Shown: positions 39,574 through 47,500 of the stretch, in pieces | Layout: each line of letters starts with the position of its first letter | How positions within the stretch are numbered: position 1 is the first letter of the stretch | DNA from: Bacteroidota bacterium | Lineage (GTDB): Bacteria > Bacteroidota > Bacteroidia > Flavobacteriales > Flavobacteriaceae | Assembly: GCA_027620655.1 (NCBI GenBank) | Contig: JAQCDS010000003.1 | Span: 10,449 to 74,448 of the forward strand | Length of the DNA: 64,000 nt | Direction: 5' to 3' | Position numbers and translations under genes: made by a program | Notes under the pieces: model-generated | What the model saw: the letters and a program-made list of their open reading frames with translations, nothing else | What the model was told of the DNA's origin: nothing | Databases searched by the model: none

Positions 39574-40648
39574 ATTTATCAATCCAAGAAAAAGTGCATA
39601 TTTCTCTAGGGATTTGCTATATAGCTTTGAAGCCTCCAATACAAAAGTAGATATGCGCTATGTGTGCATTTCAAACAACAATATACCACAAGCACTGGCA
39701 TTGGTACAAATCATCGAATTGAGTGTTGATGTCATTCTAAAAAATATTAGGGTATCTCCTTTTTTTCGTAAAATTTTAAATGCATTTTTTTGTAATGACC
39801 ACATTAAAATCATGTTTTGTGGTAATATATTCTTGAGCGGAGAACATGGCATTAGCTTTTCTGAAAATTGTAACAAAAAAAATACTGTTAAGCAAATTGG
39901 TAAAGCGCTAGACAACATTGCAAAAACCACTCACCCATTGCACGCTATTTTTATCAAAGATTTTGAATCCTCAGCACTAGAGTATAGTTCAGCTTTTGAG
40001 CATTTTGGATTTACTAATATCAAAGTAGAGCCCAATATGCTTATTACTTTAAAACCGGAATGGAAAACCTTCGAAGATTATAAAGCAGCATTAAAATCAA
40101 AATATAGAGTTAAAGCCAATAAAGCAGACTCAAAAAGTAAGGCTCTAGAGCGGCGTGTTTTTTCAATAAAAGATATTGAAACATATAAAAATGAACTGCA
40201 AAATCTATATCAAAATACTATTGATAATGCCAACTTTAATGCACAGGTATTAGATTTGAATACCTATATCAAACTCAAAGAATCATACAAAGACAATTTT
40301 ATTGTTTGGAGTTATTTTTTAGAAGATAAAATTGTTGGATTTTTATCCGCCTTAAAAAATAAAAATCACCTTGATGCACACTTCATAGGGCTTAATTATA
40401 GCCTAAATAAAACCTATGGCATTTATCCGAGAATACTAAACGATTATATTCGTTTAGGTTTAGAAAAAAAGGTGGAAATCATAAACTTGGGGCGTACCGC
40501 TGCTGAGATAAAATCAACCATTGGCGCAAAACCCTTAGCATTGAGCTGTTATATTAAACACAAAAACAAATTTCTCAATGTTTTGGTTAAACCTTTTTTT
40601 AAAAAAATACAAATCAAAAGCTTCAAACAACACAGCCCATTTAAATAG
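39554..40648 (+). CDS. GNAT/FemAB-like acyltransferase-fold protein (function unknown)
   Basis: C-terminal half (IVGFLSALKNKNHLDAHFIGLNYSLNKTYGIYPRILNDYIRLG) resembles the acyl-CoA N-acyltransferase fold. Start is uncertain: the track begins at TTG 39488, I prefer TTG 39554, and the first ATG is 39653. Confidence 0.4.
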   Translation: MEDGFIKFINPRKSAYFSRDLLYSFEASNTKVDMRYVCISNNNIPQALALVQIIELSVDVILKNIRVSPFFRKILNAFFCNDHIKIMFCGNIFLSGEHGISFSENCNKKNTVKQIGKALDNIAKTTHPLHAIFIKDFESSALEYSSAFEHFGFTNIKVEPNMLITLKPEWKTFEDYKAALKSKYRVKANKADSKSKALERRVFSIKDIETYKNELQNLYQNTIDNANFNAQVLDLNTYIKLKESYKDNFIVWSYFLEDKIVGFLSALKNKNHLDAHFIGLNYSLNKTYGIYPRILNDYIRLGLEKKVEIINLGRTAAEIKSTIGAKPLALSCYIKHKNKFLNVLVKPFFKKIQIKSFKQHSPFK

Positions 40649-40662
40649 TGTTGGCTTTTCTG

Positions 40663-40670
40663 TATCTTTG
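40663..40670 (+). promoter_or_regulatory. Bacteroidetes -7 box for yicC-gmk-nadD-dusB
   Basis: TATCTTTG, 24 nt upstream of the ATG at 40694. Confidence 0.45.
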
Positions 40671-40693
40671 AGCCATAAATTTAACAAAAAGGC

Positions 40694-41551
40694 ATGATAC
40701 ACTCCATGACTGGATATGGAAAATCCGAATTAGAATTACAATCAAAAACCATTCGTTTAGAATTAAAGTCCTTAAACAGTAAGTCTTTGGATCTAAATAT
40801 GCGTATGCCAACTATGTATAGAGCAAAAGAACTTGAATTACGAAGACTTATTGGTGCAAAACTAGGTCGTGGAAAAATAGATTTTTCAATTTATGTTGAG
40901 TTTAATAAAGGAGAAGCCCCTGCAAAAATTAATACTGAAGTTGTTAAAGGGTATATGAAACAGCTAGAAAGTATATCCTCTTCAGACAAAGTTGAATTGC
41001 TAAAAATGGCCGTTCGTATGCCAGATGCCGTTAGTACAGAGCGGGAAGACATAGACCCCAAAGAATGGAAAATAATATCCGATGAGGTTTTGGTGGTATT
41101 AAACAAAATTCAAAACTACCGAAAAGACGAAGGAGCAGTACTTGAAAAAGATTTTTCAAAACGAATTTCAAAAATTGATGAACTCCTTGAGGAAGTGATA
41201 AAAATCGATCCTGAGCGTATTAAACATGTTCGAGAACGTCTTAATAAAGGCATTGCTGAATTGAAAGAAAAAGTAGATGAAAATCGCTTTGAACAGGAAT
41301 TGATTTATTACATTGAAAAACTAGATATTACTGAAGAAAAAATTCGGCTAAAAAACCATTTAGAGTATTTTCTTAAAAATTTAAATTCGAATGAGTCGAA
41401 CGGTAAAAAACTTGGTTTTATTGGTCAAGAAATTGGACGAGAAATTAATACGATTGGTTCCAAAGCAAATTATGCCCCGATGCAAAAACTCGTTGTGCAA
41501 ATGAAAGACGAGCTCGAAAAAATAAAAGAACAATTACTCAACGTGCTATAA
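40694..41551 (+). CDS. yicC: YicC-family stress-induced protein (endoribonuclease YicC)
   Basis: MIHSMTGYG N-terminus and C-terminal GQEIGREINTIGSKA motif. Confidence 0.85.
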   Translation: MIHSMTGYGKSELELQSKTIRLELKSLNSKSLDLNMRMPTMYRAKELELRRLIGAKLGRGKIDFSIYVEFNKGEAPAKINTEVVKGYMKQLESISSSDKVELLKMAVRMPDAVSTEREDIDPKEWKIISDEVLVVLNKIQNYRKDEGAVLEKDFSKRISKIDELLEEVIKIDPERIKHVRERLNKGIAELKEKVDENRFEQELIYYIEKLDITEEKIRLKNHLEYFLKNLNSNESNGKKLGFIGQEIGREINTIGSKANYAPMQKLVVQMKDELEKIKEQLLNVL

Positions 41552-41554
41552 ACT

Positions 41555-42127
41555 ATGTTTAACGGAAAACTCATTGTATTCTCTGCACCCTCAGGCTCTG
41601 GAAAAACGACCATTGTAAAACACCTTTTGAAACAACAAGAGTTAAATCTTGCTTTTTCTATTTCGGCCACCTCAAGGCAAAAAAGAGGGGATGAAATTGA
41701 TGGAAAAGATTACTATTTTTTATCGACAGATATGTTTAAAAAACACATCAAAGAAGGTGACTTTTTAGAGTGGGAAGAAGTTTATAGAGATAATTTTTAT
41801 GGTACTTTAAAAGCAGAAGTGGAACGTATTTGGGCCATGGGTAAGCATGTTATTTTTGATATTGATGTTTCAGGAGGATTGCGCATAAAAAAGAAGTTCC
41901 CCGAAAAAACACTGGCTGTTTTTGTAAAACCACCAAGTATAGACGAGCTAAAAATTCGATTGAAAAAACGAAAAACAGAATCTGAAGACAAAATAAACAT
42001 GAGAATCTCAAAGGCTTCTGCTGAACTTGCTACAGCACCCCTTTTCGATTGTATTGTAGAAAATGAAATTCTAGAAAAAGCTAAAAATAAAGCATATAAA
42101 ATTGTTTTAGATTTTATTGAATCATAA
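41555..42127 (+). CDS. gmk: Guanylate kinase
   Basis: P-loop APSGSGKTT and TSRQKRGDEIDGKDYYF motif. Confidence 0.9.
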   Translation: MFNGKLIVFSAPSGSGKTTIVKHLLKQQELNLAFSISATSRQKRGDEIDGKDYYFLSTDMFKKHIKEGDFLEWEEVYRDNFYGTLKAEVERIWAMGKHVIFDIDVSGGLRIKKKFPEKTLAVFVKPPSIDELKIRLKKRKTESEDKINMRISKASAELATAPLFDCIVENEILEKAKNKAYKIVLDFIES

Positions 42128-42145
42128 AATATTGAATTCAAAAAA

Positions 42146-42721
42146 ATGAAGGTTGGTCTCTATTTTGGTACATTTAACCCCATTCATGTGGGGCATCTTA
42201 TTATTGCCAATCATTTTGCTGAGCATTCCGATTTAGATCAAGTGTGGTGTGTAGTAACACCCCAAAACCCTTTCAAAACCAAACAAAGCATCTTGGATAA
42301 TAACCAACGATTAGAGATGGTGTATCTAGCCACCAAAGAGTATCCAAAACTCAAACCTAGTGCTATTGAATTTCAACTCAAACACCCCAATTATACCATA
42401 CATACTCTTGCATATTTAGAAGAAAAATATCCAAATCATAAATTTGCGCTTATTATGGGTGAAGACAATCTAGTTTCTTTACCAAAATGGAAAAATGCTG
42501 AAGTGATTTTGGAGCGCTACCCAATTTATGTCTATCCTAGAAAGCTCCATTCAGATACCATAAAACATACCATAAAAGGTGACATAAATAAAATTGATGC
42601 CCCTGTAATTGAAATTTCGTCTTCATTTATAAGAAAAGCCATAAAAGAAGGAAAAAACATACGCCCCTTACTGCCCGAAGCCGTATGGGTATATTTAGAT
42701 GAAATGAATTTTTATAAATAA
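42146..42721 (+). CDS. nadD: Nicotinate-nucleotide adenylyltransferase
   Basis: GTFNPIHVGH (HxGH) and ISSSFIR motifs. Confidence 0.9.
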   Translation: MKVGLYFGTFNPIHVGHLIIANHFAEHSDLDQVWCVVTPQNPFKTKQSILDNNQRLEMVYLATKEYPKLKPSAIEFQLKHPNYTIHTLAYLEEKYPNHKFALIMGEDNLVSLPKWKNAEVILERYPIYVYPRKLHSDTIKHTIKGDINKIDAPVIEISSSFIRKAIKEGKNIRPLLPEAVWVYLDEMNFYK

Positions 42722-42724
42722 ACT

Positions 42725-43717
42725 ATGGTAAAAATTGGAGCTATAGAATTGCCTGAATTTCCATTGTTGCTTGCCCCAATGGAGGATGTAAGCGACCCCC
42801 CTTTTCGTGCACTTTGTAAAGAACAGGGTGCAGATGTCGTTTATACAGAATTCATTTCTAGTGAAGGGCTTATTCGTGATGCTGCAAAAAGCACCATGAA
42901 ACTCGACATTTATGAAAAAGAGCGCCCTGTTGGTATTCAAATTTTTGGTGCAAACTTAGACAGTATGCTTAGAGCAGTGGAGATTGTTGAAAAATCAAAC
43001 CCAGATATCATTGATATTAATTTTGGTTGTCCTGTAAAAAAGGTCGTAAGTAAAGGAGCTGGAGCAGGTATTTTAAAAGACATTTGCCTAATGGAAAAGC
43101 TTACTGCAGAAATAGTCAAACGCACCCATTTGCCTGTTACAGTCAAAACACGTTTGGGCTGGGATCACGATTCTATTCGAATTGTAGAAGTTGCCGAAAG
43201 ACTTCAGGATGTGGGAATTAAAGCACTTTCTATTCATGGTCGAACACGGGCTCAAATGTATAAAGGCAATGCCGATTGGGCACCTATTGCTGAAGTGAAA
43301 AATAATCCTAGAATGCATATTCCAATTTTTGGAAATGGCGATGTCAACTCCCCAGAACGTGCTGTCGAAATGCGTGATACTTATGGATTAGATGGCGCTA
43401 TGATTGGTCGTGCTAGTATTGGAAACCCCTGGTTTTTTAAGCAAGTTAAGCACTATTTTGAAACCGGAACACCCCTTGCGCCCATAAGTATGATTGAACG
43501 CGTAGAAGCGGCGCGAAGACACCTCAAAATGGCTATTGATTGGAAAGGTGAAGTATTGGGGGTTTTGGAAACTAGAAGACATTATACAAACTATTTTAAA
43601 GGCATTCCAAACTTTAAAGCTTATAGAACCAAAATGGTAACTAGTGACCATAGCGCAGATGTTTTTAAGACTTTTGATGAAGTAGAATCCGCTTTTGGAA
43701 CTCATCAATTTGTCTAG
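42725..43717 (+). CDS. dusB: tRNA-dihydrouridine synthase
   Basis: LAPMEDVSDPPFR, DINFGCPVKKV and HGRTRAQMYKG motifs. Confidence 0.9.
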   Translation: MVKIGAIELPEFPLLLAPMEDVSDPPFRALCKEQGADVVYTEFISSEGLIRDAAKSTMKLDIYEKERPVGIQIFGANLDSMLRAVEIVEKSNPDIIDINFGCPVKKVVSKGAGAGILKDICLMEKLTAEIVKRTHLPVTVKTRLGWDHDSIRIVEVAERLQDVGIKALSIHGRTRAQMYKGNADWAPIAEVKNNPRMHIPIFGNGDVNSPERAVEMRDTYGLDGAMIGRASIGNPWFFKQVKHYFETGTPLAPISMIERVEAARRHLKMAIDWKGEVLGVLETRRHYTNYFKGIPNFKAYRTKMVTSDHSADVFKTFDEVESAFGTHQFV

Positions 43718-44913
43718 CCTGAAAGGTTTAGCTTTTTAATACTTAAAGAGGCTATTTTCGAAGCCATCACTCCTAAAACTAGAATAGTTCCAAATGCAAT
43801 CACAAAGTTCAGTGGCTTTAAAACTACAGGATACGCCAATGTGGGTGATATCATCACTAAATCAAAATACTTTTGAAGAATAGTTAGAGTTGCTCCTAAA
43901 AAGAGTCCTACAAATCCGCCTAGAACGGTCATCATAATTCCTTGCATAAAAAATATATGTTGCAACTCATTTTTGTCAGCACCAATACTATAAAGTGTTT
44001 TTAAATTCTCTTTTTTATGTAAAATCATCATGACAATAGAGCCTATAATATTAAACAATGCAATGATTAAAATGAGTGTAAATATGAGATATACAGCAAC
44101 ATGTTCTGTATTCAACATTTTATAAAGAGTATCGTTGAGCTGAACTCTATTTTTAATTATAATTTTTTCCTTAAAAACAGAATTAAGCTCAGTTGTAATA
44201 CGGTCTAAATCTGCTTCTGGTAGGGTAATAATTTCGAGGGCACTGATTTGATTTGGTTTTACACCTAATAAATATCTTGCATTTTCTATGGAGGTATAGG
44301 CCATAGAATTATTCAATGATTCATTTATTTGAAAAATGCCAACATTGACAACTTTCATGCTTTTAAAAGCTCCTTTAACCGACATGATTTGCCCAGTACC
44401 AGGTTTTGGTGCATACAACCGAATGGTTTTTGTAAGATCATATATCCCAAATCCAAGAGTGTTTGTAGCGCCCCAACCTGCCACAATATGTGGAAAATCT
44501 GGTTCCATCCATGCGCCATAGCTTAAGATAGAATCTATGGTCTTCTGAGGATAATTAGCATCAACGCCCTTTAAATCTAAAGCCAAATATTTATCCTCAC
44601 AACTTAATAAAACTTTGTCCTGAACAATTTCTGAAAATGAAGCAATTCCTTCAATTTTTTTGATTTTTTCTCGATGCTCGGATGATAGTTTTATGGTTTT
44701 TGATTGATATGGAAAGACCTTAAGGTCGGGGTCTGTAAATGATGTAAATTCTAAACTAAATGCTTTTAAGCCATCAAACCCTGAAAGCACAACAAAAAGT
44801 GCTGCTGTTCCAAAAATAATGCCCAACCCTGCAACCAAGGTAATATAGTTAATCGCTTTGTTTTTAGTTTTTGTAAATAAATACCGCTTAGCGATGTAGA
44901 ATGAAAAATTCAA
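43714..44913 (-). CDS. FtsX-like ABC permease (LolC/LolE family)
   Basis: N-terminus FYIAKRYLFTKTKNKAINYIT and four-TM FtsX architecture. Directly follows rbfA. Confidence 0.8.
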   Translation of the reverse strand: MNFSFYIAKRYLFTKTKNKAINYITLVAGLGIIFGTAALFVVLSGFDGLKAFSLEFTSFTDPDLKVFPYQSKTIKLSSEHREKIKKIEGIASFSEIVQDKVLLSCEDKYLALDLKGVDANYPQKTIDSILSYGAWMEPDFPHIVAGWGATNTLGFGIYDLTKTIRLYAPKPGTGQIMSVKGAFKSMKVVNVGIFQINESLNNSMAYTSIENARYLLGVKPNQISALEIITLPEADLDRITTELNSVFKEKIIIKNRVQLNDTLYKMLNTEHVAVYLIFTLILIIALFNIIGSIVMMILHKKENLKTLYSIGADKNELQHIFFMQGIMMTVLGGFVGLFLGATLTILQKYFDLVMISPTLAYPVVLKPLNFVIAFGTILVLGVMASKIASLSIKKLNLSG

Positions 44914-45306
44914 TTATATTTTTTTTCTTTTTTTAAGCAATTCATCATTAAGAATAGGGTTGTCTTCCCCCTTAAGCGAGCGATTAATTTGATCAATATA
45001 TTCTAAAGAATCATCAATAAAAAATAGCAATTCGGGCATGCGGCGAAGTTGGTGTTTTGTGCGTTGTGCCAATTCGTGCTTTATGATGGCAGCGTTTGAA
45101 GAAATCCCTTCAATTAAAATTTTAGCTTCTTTGATTGGGAAAATACTGAGATAAACTTTAGCAATGGATAAGTCCACCGTTACTTTCACTTTTGTTACCG
45201 AAATAATAACGCCTTGCATGCCGCCTTCTCTCGCAGCGCCTTGTAGGACTTCTACTAAATTACGTTGTAGAACTGAGGCTATTTTCTTTTGTCTTTGACT
45301 TTCCAT
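44914..45306 (-). CDS. rbfA: Ribosome-binding factor A
   Basis: SQRQKKIASVLQRNLVEVL...VTKVKVTVDLSIAKVYLSIF is canonical RbfA. Confidence 0.9.
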   Translation of the reverse strand: MESQRQKKIASVLQRNLVEVLQGAAREGGMQGVIISVTKVKVTVDLSIAKVYLSIFPIKEAKILIEGISSNAAIIKHELAQRTKHQLRRMPELLFFIDDSLEYIDQINRSLKGEDNPILNDELLKKRKKI

Positions 45307-45310
45307 AAGG

Positions 45311-45318
45311 CAAAAATA
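45311..45318 (-). promoter_or_regulatory. Bacteroidetes -7 box for rbfA (implies a leaderless or near-leaderless mRNA)
   Basis: Minus strand TATTTTTG, ending only 5 nt upstream of the rbfA ATG (45306). Confidence 0.35.
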
Positions 45319-45361
45319 CTATAATTCTACTGTAATTATTCAAAAGCCTTGTTTTTTGGTT

Positions 45362-45369
45362 TAAATTTG
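45362..45369 (+). promoter_or_regulatory. Bacteroidetes -7 box for mce (implies a leaderless or near-leaderless mRNA)
   Basis: TAAATTTG, 4 nt before GTG 45374 and 7 nt before ATG 45377. Confidence 0.35.
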
Positions 45370-45373
45370 TAAA

Positions 45374-45787
45374 GTGATGAAAAAAATAGAACACATTGGC
45401 ATTGCCGTAAAAGATTTAGACGTTTCCAATACTTTGTTTAAAAAATTACTTGGTGTTTCACATTATAAAATTGAAGACGTTGCCACGGAGGGAGTTAAAA
45501 CATCTTTTTTTAAAGTAGGTGAAAGTAAAATTGAATTACTTCAAGCGACAAGTCCTAATAGTCCTATTGCCAAATTTATAGCAAAACATGGCGAAGGTGT
45601 ACATCATTTGGCCTTTGATGTAGAGGATATTGAGGCAGAAATTGAGCGCTTAAAAAACGAGGGGTTTGAATTGATTAACGACATCCCAAAACAAGGAGCA
45701 GATCATAAAAAAATAGCATTTTTACATCCAAAATCATCTGGTGGTGTATTGATAGAACTGTGCCAAGATATTGGCAATAAAGCATAG
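45374..45787 (+). CDS. mce: Methylmalonyl-CoA epimerase (VOC/glyoxalase fold)
   Basis: IEHIGIAVKDL...GEGVHHLAFDVEDI...GVLIELCQ. The start may be ATG 45377 rather than GTG 45374. Confidence 0.8.
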   Translation: MMKKIEHIGIAVKDLDVSNTLFKKLLGVSHYKIEDVATEGVKTSFFKVGESKIELLQATSPNSPIAKFIAKHGEGVHHLAFDVEDIEAEIERLKNEGFELINDIPKQGADHKKIAFLHPKSSGGVLIELCQDIGNKA

Positions 45788-45835
45788 AATTCTTTTTATA
45801 ATTTTAAAAATGGTTGTAATATTGCAGCCACTTTT

Positions 45836-45909
45836 GGTCCCATAGCTCAGTTGGTTAGAGCATCTGACTCATAATCAGAGGGTCCTTGGTTCGAGCCCAA
45901 GTGGGACCA
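45836..45909 (+). tRNA. tRNA with CAT anticodon (elongator Met, or Ile2 read via lysidine); not an initiator
   Basis: Hand-folded cloverleaf: acceptor GGTCCCA/TGGGACC, D-arm GCTC/GAGC, anticodon stem TCTGA/TCAGA with loop CTCATAA, T-arm CTTGG-TTCGAGC-CCAAG, discriminator A. No encoded CCA. No three G-C pairs in the anticodon stem. Confidence 0.9.
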
Positions 45910-45918
45910 CCCTTAAAG

Positions 45919-45943
45919 CCCTTTCTTTTGAGAGGGTTTTTTT
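45919..45943 (+). terminator. Rho-independent terminator after the tRNA
   Basis: 7-bp stem ccctttc/gagaggg with one G-U pair, loop tttt, then T7 (45937-45943). Confidence 0.65.
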
Positions 45944-45948
45944 GTACC

Positions 45949-46235
45949 TTAACACTGACAACCACTTTTAGGACTTTCAGATAACTCTACACTTGTTCTT
46001 AAACGAGGTGCGTTTCTATAATTTGCAGGTATTGTATCATCAGGAGAAAATGTAATTAAAAGAAGACGACTAATATCTGCTATTTTCTTTTCCTCGTCAT
46101 TGTTTTTGGGAAGTTGCAATGCATTACTTAACCAATATTTATCGATATCTTCTTTTTAAGTTTGCTTAGATCTTCAAGTAAAACTGCTGGTTCTGGAAAA
46201 GATTCTAAAAGGGTTTTGATTTTTTTAACTGACAT
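45949..46235 (-). pseudogene. Small (about 95-aa) hypothetical gene, frame broken in a T5/A5 run at 46153-46157; downstream partner of the 264-aa orphan
   Basis: Own translation: MSVKKIKTLLESFPEPAVLLEDLSKLKK then, after adding one A, EDIDKYWLSNALQLPKNNDEEKKIADISRLLLITFSPDDTIPANYRNAPRLRTSVELSESPKSGCQC-stop. The span is 287 nt (3n-1). Neither half reaches 60 aa, so it is not in the track. Confidence 0.35.
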
Positions 46236-46246
46236 GATTTTTAAAT

Positions 46247-47041
46247 TTAATTATTTTCTGTTCTATTTTCCCAAATAAGCTTATTTAGATCATAAATATT
46301 TTTACCATTTCCAACCGTACTTAAAATTTCTTCTTCAGTACAGAAATCAAAAAAGTTTGGCGATGGATTCTTTATCTTCCCATTATTACAGCTAACTTCC
46401 CATAACAGTTTTGAATTGGGAAAACTAGGAATAAATTCCCCTGTACCTCCATAAATTTTATGATATTCCAATCTATGAAAGTCATGATTGTTTTTGATAA
46501 AATTCTCAAAACAATCTGAGCATCTAATCGTTATGGAACCATTAAAAGTTTTTTGAGAATTATCCATGGCGTTACTAACTCTTGAAGGACATTCTTCGTT
46601 GCTATGCCATCTTACATAATGATTATTTGGCCAATGGGAACCTTGAGGATGAAAATCAAACCTTCTACCAAAAACCACTCTTTTTTCCATATCTAGAGAA
46701 ATACTATAATTGTATTTTTTAGCTTTTTCTTTGTATTCTAAAATGATGTACAAAAACCTTCCACATTTCAAATTATAGTTTTTAAGTATGTTTTCTAATA
46801 GTGGAATCTTTGGAGTTAAGTCATCTAAATGTTTTAAAAATTTTGACTTAACAGCACCACTTTCTTTTCCATTGTTATCAAATTGTTCTAAAAAACGATC
46901 CGCATAATGACGCGTATCCGAAGTTATATTGTGGAATTCTTTTCCATCAAAAGTATATTTACATTTATCAATGGCTAATTCTAGTACTAAACATGGACTA
47001 ATATTTTGGAATATTTTTGTTAGTTTTATAATATCATACAA
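46247..47041 (-). CDS. Orphan hypothetical protein (264 aa) with a central His/Cys-rich segment
   Basis: No signal peptide or TM. aa 131-194 read HPQGSHWPNNHYVRWHSNEECPSRV...CSDCFENFIKNNHDFHRLEYH. I recognise no family. Confidence 0.6.
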   Translation of the reverse strand: MYDIIKLTKIFQNISPCLVLELAIDKCKYTFDGKEFHNITSDTRHYADRFLEQFDNNGKESGAVKSKFLKHLDDLTPKIPLLENILKNYNLKCGRFLYIILEYKEKAKKYNYSISLDMEKRVVFGRRFDFHPQGSHWPNNHYVRWHSNEECPSRVSNAMDNSQKTFNGSITIRCSDCFENFIKNNHDFHRLEYHKIYGGTGEFIPSFPNSKLLWEVSCNNGKIKNPSPNFFDFCTEEEILSTVGNGKNIYDLNKLIWENRTENN

Positions 47042-47059
47042 TCAATAAAAATTTTAATT

Positions 47060-47434
47060 ATGAAGAAATTACTTTTATTAACTCTTGCATTCACACTTTT
47101 TACTTGCAGTGGAGGGGATGATTTAAATAATAGTGCTACAAATTCAGTGTTCCAAGGCGAATGGTCTGGAACATTTTCTGGTGATGACAATGGTACTTGG
47201 ACTGGTACTGTTGATGAGAATGGTAATATCATAGGTGTTGCTATTTCCACAACATTTAACGATACTTACACTGCAAGTGGTACATTCTCCAGCGATGGTA
47301 ATGTTTCAATTACTGTTGGTTCGGTTGATACTGGTGCTTTATTTGAAGGGCAGGCAACTTCAAATACTGTTATTGGTACGTGGGTAAATTCAGGTGCTAT
47401 GATGAATGGAATTTGGTCTGGTAGTAAAGACTAA
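47060..47434 (+). CDS. Small Gly/Thr/Ser-rich lipoprotein
   Basis: Lipobox LFTCSG. Internal GxW(S/T)GT repeats (GEWSGTF, GTWTGTV, IGTWVNS, GIWSGS). Confidence 0.6.
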   Translation: MKKLLLLTLAFTLFTCSGGDDLNNSATNSVFQGEWSGTFSGDDNGTWTGTVDENGNIIGVAISTTFNDTYTASGTFSSDGNVSITVGSVDTGALFEGQATSNTVIGTWVNSGAMMNGIWSGSKD

Positions 47435-47449
47435 AAATAATTAAATACA

Positions 47450-47500
47450 ATGAAAAAAATACTCTTACTCTCTGCTTTATTCATCTTCGCTTGTAGTAGT
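47450..47500 (+). repeat. Signal-peptide cassette, copy 1
   Basis: The first 51 nt match 48182-48232 at 49 of 51 positions (differences at positions 10 and 51). Confidence 0.85.

Noticed and set aside
41797-42141. Minus-strand 114-aa ORF
   Set aside because: It is entirely antisense to guanylate kinase, whose identity is unambiguous.
47026-47250. Minus-strand 74-aa ORF overlapping the first lipoprotein gene
   Set aside because: It would overlap the start of the 264-aa gene and the lipoprotein gene. The lipoprotein frame has a clear lipobox and repeat structure.
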